NCBI RefSeq assembly: GCF_006345805.1 | Contig: NC_043024.1 | Span: 4,650,001 to 4,714,000 of the forward strand | Length of the DNA stretch: 64,000 nt | Source of the DNA: Octopus sinensis | Lineage: Eukaryota | Reading direction: 5' to 3' | Shown: positions 25,951 to 42,010 of the stretch, piece after piece | Numbering within the stretch: the first letter of the stretch is position 1 | Layout of the letters: the number at the start of each line of letters is the position of its first letter | Made by a program: the position numbers and the translations under genes | The notes under the pieces: generated by a model | Told to the model about the DNA's origin: nothing | Database searches by the model: none | What the model saw: only the letters and a program-made list of their open reading frames with translations

Positions 25951-27579
25951 AAAAGTTGTTTTTAAGTTACAATGGCTTAAAATTCGATTATGTTTACTCA
26001 TTCACAAAACAGGGTTTGGAAGCTATCATTTTGAGCATGGCAACACATGTCAAATATTTGTGAATCTGTATTCTTCACACGGTACTTTTACTTTTGTTTC
26101 AGTCATTCGACTGCGGCCATGCTGGAGCACCGCTTGTAGTTGAACAAATCTACAACTCTCTCTCTTCTCTTTCCCCTCCTTAATTCTTTTGTTCCTCTTT
26201 TTCTCTCCCCTGTGACCGATAGGCCAGACTGCTAGCCCTCTTTTTGCGTCTGACCACGGTCAGTGCAACATCGATATTCTTCCGTGTGTTTGTGAAAGCT
26301 CTGTATCTCTGCCGTAAGGCTTCAGTTCCACACACCAACTGAATTCAATTCGTCCCCAGTCAAAAGACACCTGTTGTTATGTCCTGTTTTTGTTATTAAT
26401 ATTTTTATTGTATTTTGTATTTATATTTGTGCAACATAAAGGACCCGTAATTTGGTGTGAAATAATTTTTTCCACAAGCTTTTTTGAGTGCATTCAACGA
26501 TGCTCAGTCCAAACCCACCACCCGCCACATTCTTCTGAAAAAGAAAGGGGGAGGGGTGGTGGGGGGACCTTGGAGTTTCCCCACCAACAGAGTTTTGTTT
26601 TGTTTTTTTCTGCGTTATTTTACATGCTTTCAATGTATGTGACATTGAAATTATACGTAAACGGCTCCTTTCCTTAGAAAAAGAAAGATTCGGCCGCTAT
26701 TTCTTACATGCCCTGCTACCATGTAACAGCTTTTTTTGAGTCCTTTAGCGTAAATAGCTGTTGTATGGTAACAGGGCGTGCTAGAAATAGCAACCAAATC
26801 TTTGGAGGTGAGATACATTGAATGCACTTGAAAAAAACCTATGGAAAGAATTTATTTCACAGTGAGGTTATGAACAGGTCTTTTACGAAATATTTACAGT
26901 ATTTCTAAAGCCATTTTCACTTTAAAATATTTTTTAAATATGCCAAAACAATTTTTGTAATGGTATTCAATTGAAAATAATAAAAAAATAAATAAAATTG
27001 TCTGTTTAAAGAAAGCTAAAATATAAATACAAAAAGCGAAAACAGAAACATTTCCTGTAAAAACAACTTTTTTTGTTGGCAACTTAGTCATAATGTGTCT
27101 AACCGAAAGGCTAGAAATTCTTCCTTTTCAGGGTTAAGTTACTTTTGGTGTATTTTCCCAATATGCACTGTTTTGGGTATTTATACCCACCAAAACTTCT
27201 AATATCTCAAGAACCAGTTGTCCAATTCACGCGAAACTTGTTTTATTCCATTTGTATTCACATTTCAGGAAAGTCTTAATTCTTAGTATTTTCCCCATTA
27301 TGTGCCATTTTGGCTATGTAACATTGGAAGCAAGATTTAAGTTAATTTTTAATGTATATATGTGTGTGTGTGTGTATAGGTCTGCCTACTTACAACTGCA
27401 ATACAAGTATTTAGTTGTGAATAAACCATTATACTTGGCACTTGTTGGGTTGAAGAAAGTCTTTGATAGAATTGCTCAGTTGGCCACGCACCAAGGTTCA
27501 ACAGAACCTACTGAAGCAAGCCAACGTGCTTCTGGCATTATCAAAGGCAAGAGCAAGAAGTCGACATTAAAGTTCGTAG

Positions 27580-27725
27580 TTTTCAAATTTTGGCACAAGG
27601 CCAGCAATTCCACGGGTGTGTGTGTGTGTTAAGTTGAATATGTCGATTCCAGTGCTCAACCATTGCTTATTTCCACCAACCCCCAAAAGGACAAAAGACA
27701 AAGTCCACCTTGGCAGAATTTAAGT
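27580..27725 (+). mobile_element. degenerate SINE body fragment
   Basis: AAATTTTGGCACAAGGCCAGCAATT...CCAGTGCTCAAC...CAAAGTCCACCTTGGCAGAATTT resembles a SINE central domain. Recognised from memory only. Mirrored at ~37755-37900. Confidence 0.4.
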
Positions 27726-29456
27726 ATTTTCCCCAATGTGCTAACGACCCTGCCAGTTCGCCACCTTAGTTTATTATTAATTACTAGTGGGACCCATGTA
27801 AATTCTACAGAATGAAAAATATTAAGAGGACCTATTTAAGAAAGAGAGGATGATTTGCATTTTTATAGCATTCATAGTTTTAGCTTTCTTTGAATATACT
27901 TGGCATCTCTCTACATCCAATTCCTCACAACACCATCGGTGCCATCATTTTCCTCCTTTTCATTATATCTTCTTAGTGTTCCATGCTCTAGATCTGTGCA
28001 TCTTTTCTCAGGCAGCTTGCAACTGTGTCTCTTGTGAATCCATAGTTTAGGCTAAATTAATCCTTAGAAACAAATATCAATCTCTTAAGTGAGAAGGCGA
28101 TAAATAATTGCAAAGAAGTGCAAGTGTTGAGTGATGGTCTCTATAAAAAAAAGAAATTCTTTGTCACTATCAACACACCACCACCACCATCATCATCATC
28201 ATCTCTCTCTCTCTTTGTTCCTTTCTTTAATATCAATGTCAGAACATCACCCCTCTGCTAAGATTATATTTCTAACTCTTCCCTATATCACGACCTTCAG
28301 CTAGCTTTTTTAACCATAAAATAACTATTACATTCCTCCCCATCACATGTCATGCTTGCTTTTTTCTTAGTCTTTTGTCTCTCCCTTTTCTTTCTTTCTC
28401 TATTTGTCTCACTCTTTGTCTTATAATCTCTTCTCTCTCTCTACTTTCTTTTCTCTAATAACATGAAAGTGTTACTGACGAGCTAAGTAACAGAATGAGA
28501 AGCAGAATTATTATAAGATCACCTTACTCTATTTCTCCCTCCCTTTTCTCCACTTCTGTCCCCACCCCTCATTTATTCCACTAATCTAATGAAATCATAA
28601 CAGCTGTACAAACAAGCTGGTTCTTATATATATACATAAATATTATTTTTGTCTGAGGTTTGGATAATATTTTTTGCGGAGTAATTACATATCACATAAG
28701 GAGACTGGAAAACAATTTGATAGTATTTATTCAGCATTACATGTGTTTCATTACCTAATAGGAATTACAAACTTTTAGACAAAGAGAAAACATGTAAAAT
28801 ATCTCCTATAAGAAATTCTTCATATATACATATATACACGTGTGTGAGTGTGTGTGTGTGTATGCACAAGTGAGTGTACCCATGTCCAGATATTATGTGA
28901 TGTCCGTAAATGGCCATCATGACTGGCATACTTGTGCAGTTCTTCATTTCCAGTCCTCTGCGTAAAATATGTCTCACCAGGGAAAATATTTCCTTGCTTG
29001 GAAACAGGTGAGGATTGGTGACAAGAAAGGGTACCCAGCACAGGAAAATCTCCATCAATGAATTCTATCTGATCCATTGAAGCATGGAAAAGCGAATTTT
29101 AAATGATGATTATCATCATTGTAGTGATATGGTTCCTCTTCTGTATGAATGCAGTTATGTTTTAATAATTGATCATTTTCATAGATTGACTTAGCACAAA
29201 TGTCTTGGGGTATGGTTTTATCTTTCATATTAATATGACTGTGTAGAATTCTCCATTTTGATAGAATGATTAAGCACTGCTATCACAGTGATATGTTTTC
29301 CTTCCTCTGTCAATGCTCTTTTGATTCGTTAATAGATCATTTCAAATGAAAGGCTTACCATTGATATCACATTGATATAGCTTTTCTTGTGTAGAGGGTT
29401 TTATGAGATACAAACTTGTCCTTCTGAAGGAATATTATACAACCAATGTCACTGTG

Positions 29457-30741
<1,285 letters not shown>

Positions 30742-31172
30742 CTCTTCAACAAAAATATAATCAATCCTTCAAATTGTAGAGATCAAAAACTTTTCAAAAA
30801 TATTTCTCCTCTCACCAAAATTTATGGATATTTTTCTTCTTTTTGCTTTTAAAGTTTATTCCAAACAAATATCACTTCTCTTATATTTCTTCTAAATGTG
30901 ATCAATGCCAATATTTAAAAATGTTGCAAATACTCTTTGAAATCCATCAAAGTATATTTAAAAGAGAAAATTATCTCTGCTCTCTTGCACGTTTCAGACA
31001 CAGAAGTAAAGAAATGCTTCTCTCTCAGAGGAAATATTTTACTGTAATTTAGCAATGTTTTATAGAAGCAGGATTATACGTTTGTAGAATATCTTTGCAG
31101 AGTCTTTCAAAATGATACATATTGATGATTCTTTAAAAGCAAAAAATACTTTTAGCCATTTCGTGTGATTTC

Positions 31173-32917
31173 CTGAAGAATAGAAAAAATAATATAAGAC
31201 ATAAGGTATGTTTAAAAGGCAGATATTCAAAAGTTACGACATTTCTGTTTTCAAAGATTTTAGAAGTAATTCTTTATCTGAACTATTAAACTTATCCCAT
31301 CTCTCTGTCTTCAAGAAGTTTATATCAGGGAGTAGACATAAGTAGTATAATAACATCTCCTGGACATTAAGTCTGTCATAGACACACACCAATATACATG
31401 TCAATAACTCTATCTGATGCTTTCATCTCAGTCATGTGTCGTAAAAGAGATATCACACCTCCTCTGCCTCTTTCCGTACATTTATAAATATATAAATACA
31501 TACATACAGGCAGCTTAATGTCAATATTCTGTGTTACATGAAACATGAATAAAAGTCAGCATATCAGTATGGATGACTAACAGCATCAAAATCTTTTGTG
31601 GGAATTTTTGATGTAGGAAAAATTATTGGTTGAGGTGGAGAAGGAAATTGGTGACAATCCTTCTCAATGGGGGCAAATGATGTAGTTTTAACATTAAATT
31701 TTCTCGTTTCTTCTTCGTTACTTTTAAATTCTTACACGTTACAATTAATGTATCTCTTCCTTCTTACTTCGCAACGAAATATTGTTTATCGTGGTGATTG
31801 AAAAATACAGCGACGTGTAATCACGGAGGTGTGAGTTCGAGTCTCATAGCCGGCCGCCAACACTTTTCTGCTAAATAGGTGTAGCTTATCCTGTTCAGCC
31901 TATATTATTAGCAGTATCCTGCCTTTGAGAATTTAAAATCATTTCTTAAACTTCCTAAGACATCTCAAAGCTTCTAAAGCAAACATCGTTTGTTTGTTTA
32001 CGTCCATCGTAATTTGAATTTAAATATATATGTATTACGAAGAGAGAAAAGGATAACTTAGGTAATTAATTGAAAATAACATAAAAACACAGAGTGCAAT
32101 TCATATATAATGCCTTAAATCACAACAACGGCCTATTGAATGTGTTTATGTGAAAAAAGATGTCGAAAAACATTAGCACGTAAGAGTGAGAAAGAAACTC
32201 GGAAGGTATCAGGTGGTCGTGGGGTGCGCGATAAATAACAGCTAAATTGCTCTTCAATCGGTTTTTTCCCTTCTTTGTTGGTTTCATAACCGTTTGAATC
32301 CTTGCATGTACAGCAGAAATATGCAGAAATTTTCTGAAAATTCCCCCCCCAAAATAAAAAAATTGATAAGCGGTTACATTGGGTGCTTAAAGAAAGATTC
32401 CTTTGAAAAATAGATATTAATTGTAAGTTGTAATGATAGAGAAGAACTCCGGAAATAAAGACTTCCTAGGTTTTAATAAAATCCGTTCCATTTCTTCTGT
32501 ATACAATATTTACTTTTCGTTTCAGTATTTCAAGTGCACACTCGTATTTTTATACATTCCGCATGTCTTACAGATTACATCGTAATTTTCCCGCGGAATT
32601 TACATGTGAGGAAGGAGAAAAGTTATCTACACAAGGTATCCATCGGACGTTAACAATAATATAGGAAATAAGGAAAGATGCAATGAAATATCTGAATGTA
32701 AAGGAGAACACAACGAAAGTATTGAAAGAACAGCCCACCACCGAAGTTGAAAAAGTGGGTTTCCATCGCAAAAAAATTAGGGAAAGGTAGGTGCGGTCCA
32801 TGCCCTTTACCTCCGCTATTTCGTCTTTGTTTAGTGAGATTCTTCTTGTAACTTACTCACACATCGAAACAAACAGACGTACGTAATATGATACATATAC
32901 AATAGAAATATACTTAC
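31173..32917 (-). other. predicted type II 5'UTR intron of ZNF-C, containing a tRNA-like remnant at ~31785-31858
   Basis: Donor at 32917 and acceptor at 31173. Homologous to 383-2136. Confidence 0.55.
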
Positions 32918-33589
32918 ATAGTAATATATATTCAGAGAGAGTCAACGATGAAAATATGAGAATATGTTGAATGAGTGAAAAGTTAGAGTGGACAGTGACA
33001 GCTTCAAGAGAATTTTTACGACGAATATTAATATTTAACAGGTCAACATAATAAAAAAAATGCTGAATTTGTTTCTTTAGACACTTAATTACCAATCACG
33101 TGTCTATTTAATTAGATTTTTTCTTCAATATCAGTTGTAAAGTTGAACTGAGCAAGCAATACACATGCATACGGAGCAACAAAATTAGGAAGAATTAACT
33201 CTGAACAAGTGTCTTGTCTTTATAAGAAATGGGGAATGTATAAAAATACGAGTGTGCACTTGAAATACTGAAACGAAAAGCAAATATCGTAACGAGTGGA
33301 AATGGAACGGCTTTTATTTGAGAGATAGGAAGTCTTTATTTCTGGTGGTTCTTCTGCATCATTAAAATTTAGAATTAATATGGTTTTCTAATTTATTTAA
33401 TTTTTGTGTGTGTGGAGTGTTGCTTTAAGCACCTAATATAATCCCTCGTCACATATTTTTATTTGGGGGAATTTTCAGAAATTTTTGCGTACGAAAATTC
33501 GTTCGGTCATGCAACCAAAAAAAGAAAACAATCAACTGCGATTTATGAGTTATTTAGCTGTTATTTTTCGCACATCTCACGACCAGTTT

Positions 33590-33740
33590 GGTAATAATTC
33601 TCTGCTTAAGTTCCTCTGGGCTTGCAGGAAGAGGGGAGACATAGACTAGGCCCTCCCTGAGAAAGAAATGGCAAGGTGTCAGCTCAGGTGAACGTAGCGG
33701 CCATTTCAACAGCACATTGCCTTCTTCAGGACGCGCCAAA
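33590..33740 (-). mobile_element. Tc1/mariner transposase fossil
   Basis: Translates to WPLRSPELTPCHFFL...ELKQRI. Confidence 0.65.
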
Positions 33741-35056
33741 CTCTTTGGAGGAATCTGGCTTTCATTCTCCACATCAACCAATAATTTTTCCTACGTTAAA
33801 ATTTCCCCACTAAGGATTTTGATGATGTTAGTGAGACATCAATATTATTTACTGACATTTATTCATCTTTTATGCTCACCAAAATATTAACGTTGAGCTA
33901 ACCGTATATATATGTATATATATATATATATGTATTTGTATATATGGCTCCCATGCAGGTGGTATGTAAAAAGTACCATTCGAGCATGATTGATGCTAGT
34001 GCTGCCTGACTTGCACCCATGCCGGTTGCACATACAAAGCACCATTCATGCATTGTCGATGCCAATGCTACCAGACTGGCTCCGTGGCACATAAAAGGCA
34101 ACCGCTACATGCTCAAACAGCATCCAGCTGTAGAAATCTTGCCTGATAAGATTGAAACCTTGTTCAGCCTCATGGCTTGCCAGTCCTCAGTCAAACCTCA
34201 CAAACCATGCCAGCGTGGAAAGCAGACGTTAAACGATGATGATGAAGGTAGAGAAAGAGCGATGTCTGTTTTAGCAAATAAAGATACAAGACTTCAATGA
34301 AAACATCAGAAATCTAGTGTCATTTATATGTATATCGGTGTGTGTGTGTGTTGAAGTGTGTTTATGACAGACTTTATATTCCAGTAGTTGGTATTATAAT
34401 AGATGTGTCTACTCTATGATATAAACATTTTGGTAATGCAGAAATTGGATAAATTTAATACTTCAGATAAAGAATTACTTCTACAATTTATGAAAACAGA
34501 AATGTCGTAAATTTGCACTTTTGAATATCTGCCTTTTAAACATACTTGATGACTTATATTATTTTTTCTATTCTTTCAGAAAATCACATGAAATTGGCTA
34601 AAAAGTATTTTTTACTTTTAAAGAATCATCAATATGTATCATGTTTGAAAGACTCTGCAAAGATATTCTACAAACGTATAATCCTGCTTCTATACAACAT
34701 TGCTGAGTTACAGTAAAATATTTCCTCTGAGAGAGAAAGCATTTCTTTACTTCTGTGTCTGAAATGTGCAAGAGATAATTTTCTCTTTTAAATATACTTT
34801 GATGGATTTCCAAAGAGTATTTGCAACATTTTTAGATATTGGCATTGATCACATTTAGAACAAATATAAGAGAAGTGATATTTGTTTGGAATAAACTATA
34901 AAAGCAAAAAGATGCAAAATATCCATATATTTTGGTGAGAGAAGAAATATTATTGAAAAGTTGTTGATCTGTACAACTTGAAGGGTTCATTATATTTTTC
35001 TTGAAGAGGTGTCTGAAGAATTTTGAAAATCATCATATGACTGTGACACATACAAA

Positions 35057-36046
35057 ATGTCATTTTTAGAAAAACGTAAATCCATTAAACACCAAGAAAT
35101 TCATACAAGTCAAGAACCATATCGCTGTGATATCTGTGGTAAATCATTCTCTCTTCGCAGTAGCTTTACTAACCACAAACGTATTCATACAGGTGAGAAA
35201 CCACACCACTGTGATATCTGTTGTAAATCATTCTCTGATGGCAGTACCCTAATTAAACACAAACGTATTCATACAGGTGAGAAACCACACCACTGTGATA
35301 TCTGTTGTAAATCATTCTATAAAAGGAGTGACTTAACTAACCACAAACGTATTCATACAGGTGAGAGACCATATCACTGTAATATCTGTGGTAAATCATT
35401 CTCTCAAAGTAGTCACTTAACTCAACATACACGTATTCATACTGGGGAGAAACCATATCACTGTGATATCTGTGGTAAATCATTCTCTGATGGCAGTACC
35501 CTAATTAAACACAAACGTATTCATACAGGGGAGAAACCATATCACTGTGATATCTGTGGTAAATCATTCTCTGGAAATAGCATCCTAACCACTCACAAAC
35601 GTATTCATACAGGGGAGAAACCATATCCCTGTGATATCTGTGGCAAATCTTTCTCTGAAAGCAGCAGCTTAACTAAACACAAGCGTATTCATACAGGGGA
35701 GAAACCATATCGCTGTGATATCTGTGGTGAATCATTCTCTGTTAGCAGTACCCTAATTAAACACAAACGTATTCATGCAGGGGAGAAACCATATCACTGT
35801 GATATCTGTGGTAAATCATTCTCTGATTGCAGTAGCTTACCTTGCCACAAACGTATTCATACAGGGGAGAAACCATACCACTGTGATATCTGTGGTAAAT
35901 CATTCTCTGTTGGCAGTACCTTGACTGCACATAAACGTATTCACACAGGTGAGGAACCATATCACTGTGACATCTGTGGTAAATCATTCTCACAAAAACA
36001 TCACTCAATTAAACACAAGTGTATTCGTTATGAAGTTGATCCGTAA
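35057..36046 (+). CDS. C2H2 zinc-finger protein ZNF-D, 329 aa, 10 intact fingers plus a terminal degenerate finger
   Basis: Open ORF ending [11 protein letters not shown]. Acceptor at 34579, but no own first exon is found. Confidence 0.88.
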   Translation: MSFLEKRKSIKHQEIHTSQEPYRCDICGKSFSLRSSFTNHKRIHTGEKPHHCDICCKSFSDGSTLIKHKRIHTGEKPHHCDICCKSFYKRSDLTNHKRIHTGERPYHCNICGKSFSQSSHLTQHTRIHTGEKPYHCDICGKSFSDGSTLIKHKRIHTGEKPYHCDICGKSFSGNSILTTHKRIHTGEKPYPCDICGKSFSESSSLTKHKRIHTGEKPYRCDICGESFSVSSTLIKHKRIHAGEKPYHCDICGKSFSDCSSLPCHKRIHTGEKPYHCDICGKSFSVGSTLTAHKRIHTGEEPYHCDICGKSFSQKHHSIKHKCIRYEVDP

Positions 36047-39000
36047 CACAGTGACATTGGTTGTATAACATTCCTTCAGAAGGACAAGTTTGTATCTCGT
36101 AAAACCCTCTACACAAGAAAGAAACTATATCAATGGTAAGCCTTTCATTTGAAATGATCTATCAACGAATCAAAAGAGCATTGACAGAGGAAGGAAAACA
36201 TATCACTGTGATAGCAGTGCTTAATCATTCTATCAAAATGGAGAATTATACACAGTCATATTAATATGAAAGATAAAACCATACCCTAAGACATTTGTGC
36301 TAAGTCAATCTATGAAAATGATCAATTATTAAAACATAACTGCATTCATACAGAAAAGGAACCATATCACTACAATGATGATAATCATCATCATTTAAAA
36401 TTCGCTTTTCCATGCTTCAATGGATCAGATGGAATTCATTGATGGAGATTTTCCTGAGCTGGGTACCCTTTCTTGTCACCAATCCTCACCTGTTTCCAAG
36501 CAAGGAAATACTTTCCCTGGTGAGACATATTTTACGCAGAGGACTGGAAATGAAGAACTGCACAAGTATGCCAGTCATGATGGCCATTTACGGACATCAC
36601 ATAATATCTGGACAAGGGTACACTCACTTGTGCATGCTCACACACTTGTATATATGTATATATGAAGAATTTCTTATAGGAGATATTTTACATGTTTTCT
36701 CTTTGTCTGAAAGTTTGTAATTCCTATTAGGTAATGAAACACATGTAATGCTGAATAAATACTATCAAACTGTTTTCCAGTCTCCTTATGTGATATGTAA
36801 TTACTCTGCAAAAAATATTATCCAAACCTCAGACAAAAATGATATTTATGTATCTATATAATAACCAGCTTGTTTGTACAGCTGTTATGCTTTCATTAGA
36901 TTAGTGGAATAAATGGGGTGGGGACAGAAGTGGAGAAAAGGGAGGGAAAAATAGAGTAAGGTGATCTTATAATAATTCTGCTTCTCATTCTGTTACTTAG
37001 CTCGTCAGTAACACTTTCATGTTATTAGAGAAAAGAAAGTAGAGAGAGAAGAGATTATAAGCCAAAGAGAGAGGCAAATAGAGAAAGAAAGAAAAGGGAG
37101 AGACAAAAGACTAAGAAAGAAGCAAGTATGACATGTGATGGGGGGAATGTAATAGTTATTTTATGGTTAAAAAAGCTAGCTGAAGGTCGTGATATAGAGA
37201 AGAGTTAGAAATATAATCTTAGCAGAGGGGTGATGTTCTGACATTGATATTAAAGAAAGGAACAAAGAGAGAGAGAGATAGATGATGATGTTGGTGGTGG
37301 TGGTGTGTTGATAGGGAAAAGGAATTTCTTTTTTTTATAGAGAACGTCACTCAACACTTGCACTGCTGTGCAATTATTTATCGCCTTCTCACTTAAGAGA
37401 TTGATATTTGTTTCTAAGGATTAATTTAGCCTAAACTATGGATTCACAAGAGACACAGTTGCAAGCTGCCTGTGAAAGGATGCACAGATCTAGAGCATGG
37501 AACACTAAGAAGATATAATATAAAAGAGGAAAAAGATGGCACCGATGGTGTTGTGAGGAATTGGATGTAGAGAGATGCCAAGTATATTCAAAGAAAGCTA
37601 AAACTATGAATGCTATAAAAATGCAAATCATCCTCTCTTTCTTAAATAGGTCCTCTTAATTTTTTTCATTCTGTAGAATTTACATGGGTCCCACTAGTAA
37701 TTAATAATAAACTAATGTCAAACTGGCAGGGTCGTTAGCACATTGGGGAAAATACTTAAATTCTGCCAAGGTGGACTTTGTCTTTTGTCCTTTTGGGGGT
37801 TGGTGGAAATAAGCAATGGTTGAGCACTGGAATCGACATATTCAACTTAACACACACACACACCCGTGGAATTGCTGGCCTTGTGCCAAAATTTGAAAAC
37901 AGTATGAACTTTAATGTCGACTTCTTGCTCTTGCCTGTGATAATGCCAGAAGCACGTTGGCTTGCTTCAGTAGGTTCTGTTGTACCTTGGTGCGTGGCCA
38001 ACTGAGGAATTCTATCAAAGCCTTTCTCCTGGCCAACAAGTGCCAAGTATAATGGTTTATTCACAACTAAATACTTGTATTGCAGTTGTAAGTAGGCAAA
38101 CCTATACACACACACACATATATTACATTAAAAATGAACATCAATCTTGCTTCCAATGTTACATAGCCAAAATGGCACATAATGGGGAAAATGCTAATTC
38201 AGACTTTCCTGAAATGTGAATACAAACGGAATAAAACAAGTTTCGCATGAATTGGACAATTGGTTCTTGAGATATTAGGAGTTTTGGTGGGTATAAATAC
38301 CCAAAACAGTGCATATTGAGAAAATACACCAAAAATAATTTAACCCTGAAAAGGAAAAATTTCTAGCCTTTCGGTTAGACACATTATGACTAACTTGCCA
38401 ACAAAAAAAGTTGTTTTTACAGGAAATGTTTCTATTTTTGCTTTTTTGTATTTATATTTTAGCTTTCTTTAAACAGACAATTTTATTTATTTTTTTATTA
38501 TATTCGATTGAATACCATTACGAATATTGTTTTGGCATATTTAAAAAATATTTTAAAGTGAAGATGGCTTTACAAATACTGTAAATATTTCGTAAAAGAC
38601 CTGTTCATAACCTCACTGTGAAATAAATTCTTTCCATAGGTTTTATTCAAGTGCATTCAATGTATCTCATCTCCAAAGATTCGGTTGCTATATCTAGCAT
38701 GCCCTGTTACCATACAACAGCTATTTACAATAAAGGACTCAAAATAGCTGTTACGTGGTAGCAGGGCATGCAAGAAATAGCGGCCGAATCTTTCTTTTTC
38801 TGAGGAAAGGAGCCGCTTATGCGTGATTTCAATGTCACATACATTGAAAGCATGTAAAATAACCCAGAAAAAAAAACAGAACAAAACTCTGTTGGTAGGA
38901 AACTCCAAGGTCCCCCACCACCCCTCCCCCTTTCTTTTCTGGAAGAATGTGGCGGGTCTTGGGTTTGGACTGAGCATCGTTGAATGCACTAAAAAAAACG

Positions 39001-39740
39001 TGTGGAAAAATTATTTCACACCAAAGTACAAACGGGTCCTTTATGAAAAAGAAAGGACGGGTCATTCGAAGCTTTCTGTCCCCTGTAAAGAACCAGGTCA
39101 TCCTCGCAATTTCGGCTGATTAATCTTGAGATTGCTCCAATCTGGCCAGCCCCAAGGAAAAAGTAAGCTAAGAGCATCAGATTCCTTGGAAGAAAGCATG
39201 GAATGTATACGAAAATAAGGACGGAAAAACAGACGATGTTACACAAATATAAATACAAAATACAATAAAAATATTAATAATAATAACAGGACATAACAAC
39301 AGGTGTCTTTCGACTGGGGACGAATTGAATTCGGCTGGTGTGTGTGGAAATGAAGCCTTACGGCAGAGATACAGAGCTTTCACAAACACACGGAAGAATA
39401 TCGATGTTGCACTGACCGTGGTCAGACGCAAAAAGAGGGTTAGCAGTCTGGCCTATTGGTCAGGTGGGGAGAGAAAAAGAGGAACAAAAGAATTAAGGAG
39501 GGGAAAGAGAAGAGAGAGAGTTGTAGGTTTGTTTGACTAAAAGCGGTGCTCCAGCATGGCCGCAGTCCAATGACTGAAACAAAAGTAAAAGTACCCTATG
39601 AATTACCGTGTGAAGAATACAGATTCACAAATATTTGACAACACGTGTTGCCATGCTCAAAATGATAGCTTCCAAACCCTGTTTTGTGAATGAGTAAACA
39701 TAATCGAACTTTAAGCCATTGTAACTTAAAAACAACTTTC

Positions 39741-40151
39741 GGATCTTTTCGGTTTGAATGGCATTTTTTTCTAGCGGTGTCATATGAAATTGTCACCCAT
39801 AACTATGACGCTAGTATCAATCTATTGCATTTCAATCTGTTTTAGGGTTGGGGTTAGGAGAAAGGGTATCTTTTTTCTTCACAAATGTAAATAAACCCAA
39901 TCTGTTTCTTAAACGAGGGACATATTCATAAGGCACATAATGTTTTCACCTCAATAGACGTCATTGATTGGTTGAAATTGCAGAAATTGAAGGGAAAAAA
40001 ACAACAAATATCTTACAAACTATAGAATTTTCTCAATAAAGCCAAGAGAAAAAGATGTTTTATAAACACATTCTACCAGTATACGAAGTTTAAAAGTGTT
40101 TGGTTACCTAGAAATTATTTTTAAAAACTGCCGTTCAAACCAAAATGATCC
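39741..40151. mobile_element. complete GGATCTTTTCGG-TIR MITE with perfect 8-bp TSD
   Basis: CAACTTTC at 39733-39740 and 40152-40159. Confidence 0.88.
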
Positions 40152-40615
40152 CAACTTTCTGTGGAAGAAGCAAATTAACTGATGAAATTCTGCCTAGAAA
40201 ATTATATGAATCCCTCAAATATTAAAATTATCAGATCTTTTTGGTTTGAATGGCTGTTTTTTAACATAATTTCTAGGTAACTAAAAAATTTTAAACTTCG
40301 TATACTGGTAGAATGTGTTTATAAAACATCATTTTCTCTTTCTATATGGATCCACCTTACTCACCAACACTTCTCCTTCCACCCCACTCACTATCACCTT
40401 TCTCTCCCCAAGGTTTACCTTCAAACCCTTGCTTTCAAATGCCTCCTTCCATTTCCAAAACTTCTCTCTCATCAGAACAAAGTCATCTGCATACAGTATC
40501 TCCATTTACGGTCTCTCCACATCAACCACTAATGCAAACGACAATGGTGACAACACAGATCCCTCATGCACACCAACTTTCACCACAAACAAGCTGGTTA
40601 CTATATATAGATATA

Positions 40616-41091
40616 CCGTAAATCCTCGAGTATAACACCTAAACCTAAACCTTGTGTATAATACACACCTCTTCTCTAACTTGAGTTGTGCGTCATTAAG
40701 CCAGCAGCACCTAGTCAAACAAACACTTCCGTGCATGCGTAATACAATAATGGTGATGTTTTTAACTGTTATATGGGAATGTAAATATGTTTGCAAATTG
40801 TTTTTGTTACATGTTATTCTGTGTTCTGAATACTTTTATTTTAATATATGTTGCTTATTGCAAGTTATGGATGATTATTTTATGACTTCATTGCTTTCAG
40901 GCTTAGCTTAAGGTATTTTCGCGCCTGACAGCACAAAATGCGTCTGAACAAACATTGCCTGACAGCAAAATAGAGACTCGGACATTGCTTAGAAAATATT
41001 TTTCATTTTTAACCTTGTATATAGTATGCACTAAGGATTTTGACCGATAAATTTTAGGAAAAAAATGCGGATTATACTCGAGGATTTACGG
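40616..41091. mobile_element. pogo/Tc1-mariner-type MITE
   Basis: Perfect 20-bp TIR CCGTAAATCCTCGAGTATAA with TA on both sides. Confidence 0.85.
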
Positions 41092-41875
41092 TATACATAT
41101 ATATTATTTTTGTGGGCGGTTTGGATGATATTTTTTGCAGAGTAATTACATAACACATAAGGACAGTGGAGAAAAGTTTGGTATTATTTATTCAGCATTA
41201 CATGTGTTTCATTTCCTAATAGGAATTACAAACTATTAGATGTGTAGAGAACATGTAAGATATTTCTTATAAGAAAATCTTCAGACATACATAAGTGTGT
41301 GTGTGTGTGCACCCTTGTCCAGATATTATGTCGTGTTCATAAATGGCCATCATGACCGTCATACTTGTGTAGTTGTTCATTTCCAGTCTTCTGTGTAAAA
41401 TATGTCTCACCAGGGAAAATATTTCCTTGGTGGGAAACAGGGAAGGTATCAATGAATTCAATCTGATCCATAGAAGAATGTAAAAGTGAATGTTAAATGA
41501 TGAGGATCATCATCGTAGTGATATGGTTCCTCTTCTGTTTGAATTCATTTATGTTATAATTGATCACTATCAGATATCTTAAGGTATGGCATATTCTTCA
41601 TATTAACAGGACTGTGTATAATTAATTCACCATTTTGAAAGAATGATTCAGATTTAACATCACAGTGATATGTTTTCCTTCCTCTGTCAATGCTCTTTTG
41701 ATTCAATAATGGATGATTTCATGTCAAAGATTTACTATAGATGTCACATTCATATAGTTTCTATATTCTGTGGATTTCTTTATGAGATACGTCCTTTGTC
41801 CTTCTGAGGAAATGTTATACAACAAATATCAATGTGTTATGGACCCACTTCATAAGGAAAGACTTGTTTAAATCA

Positions 41876-42010
<135 letters not shown>

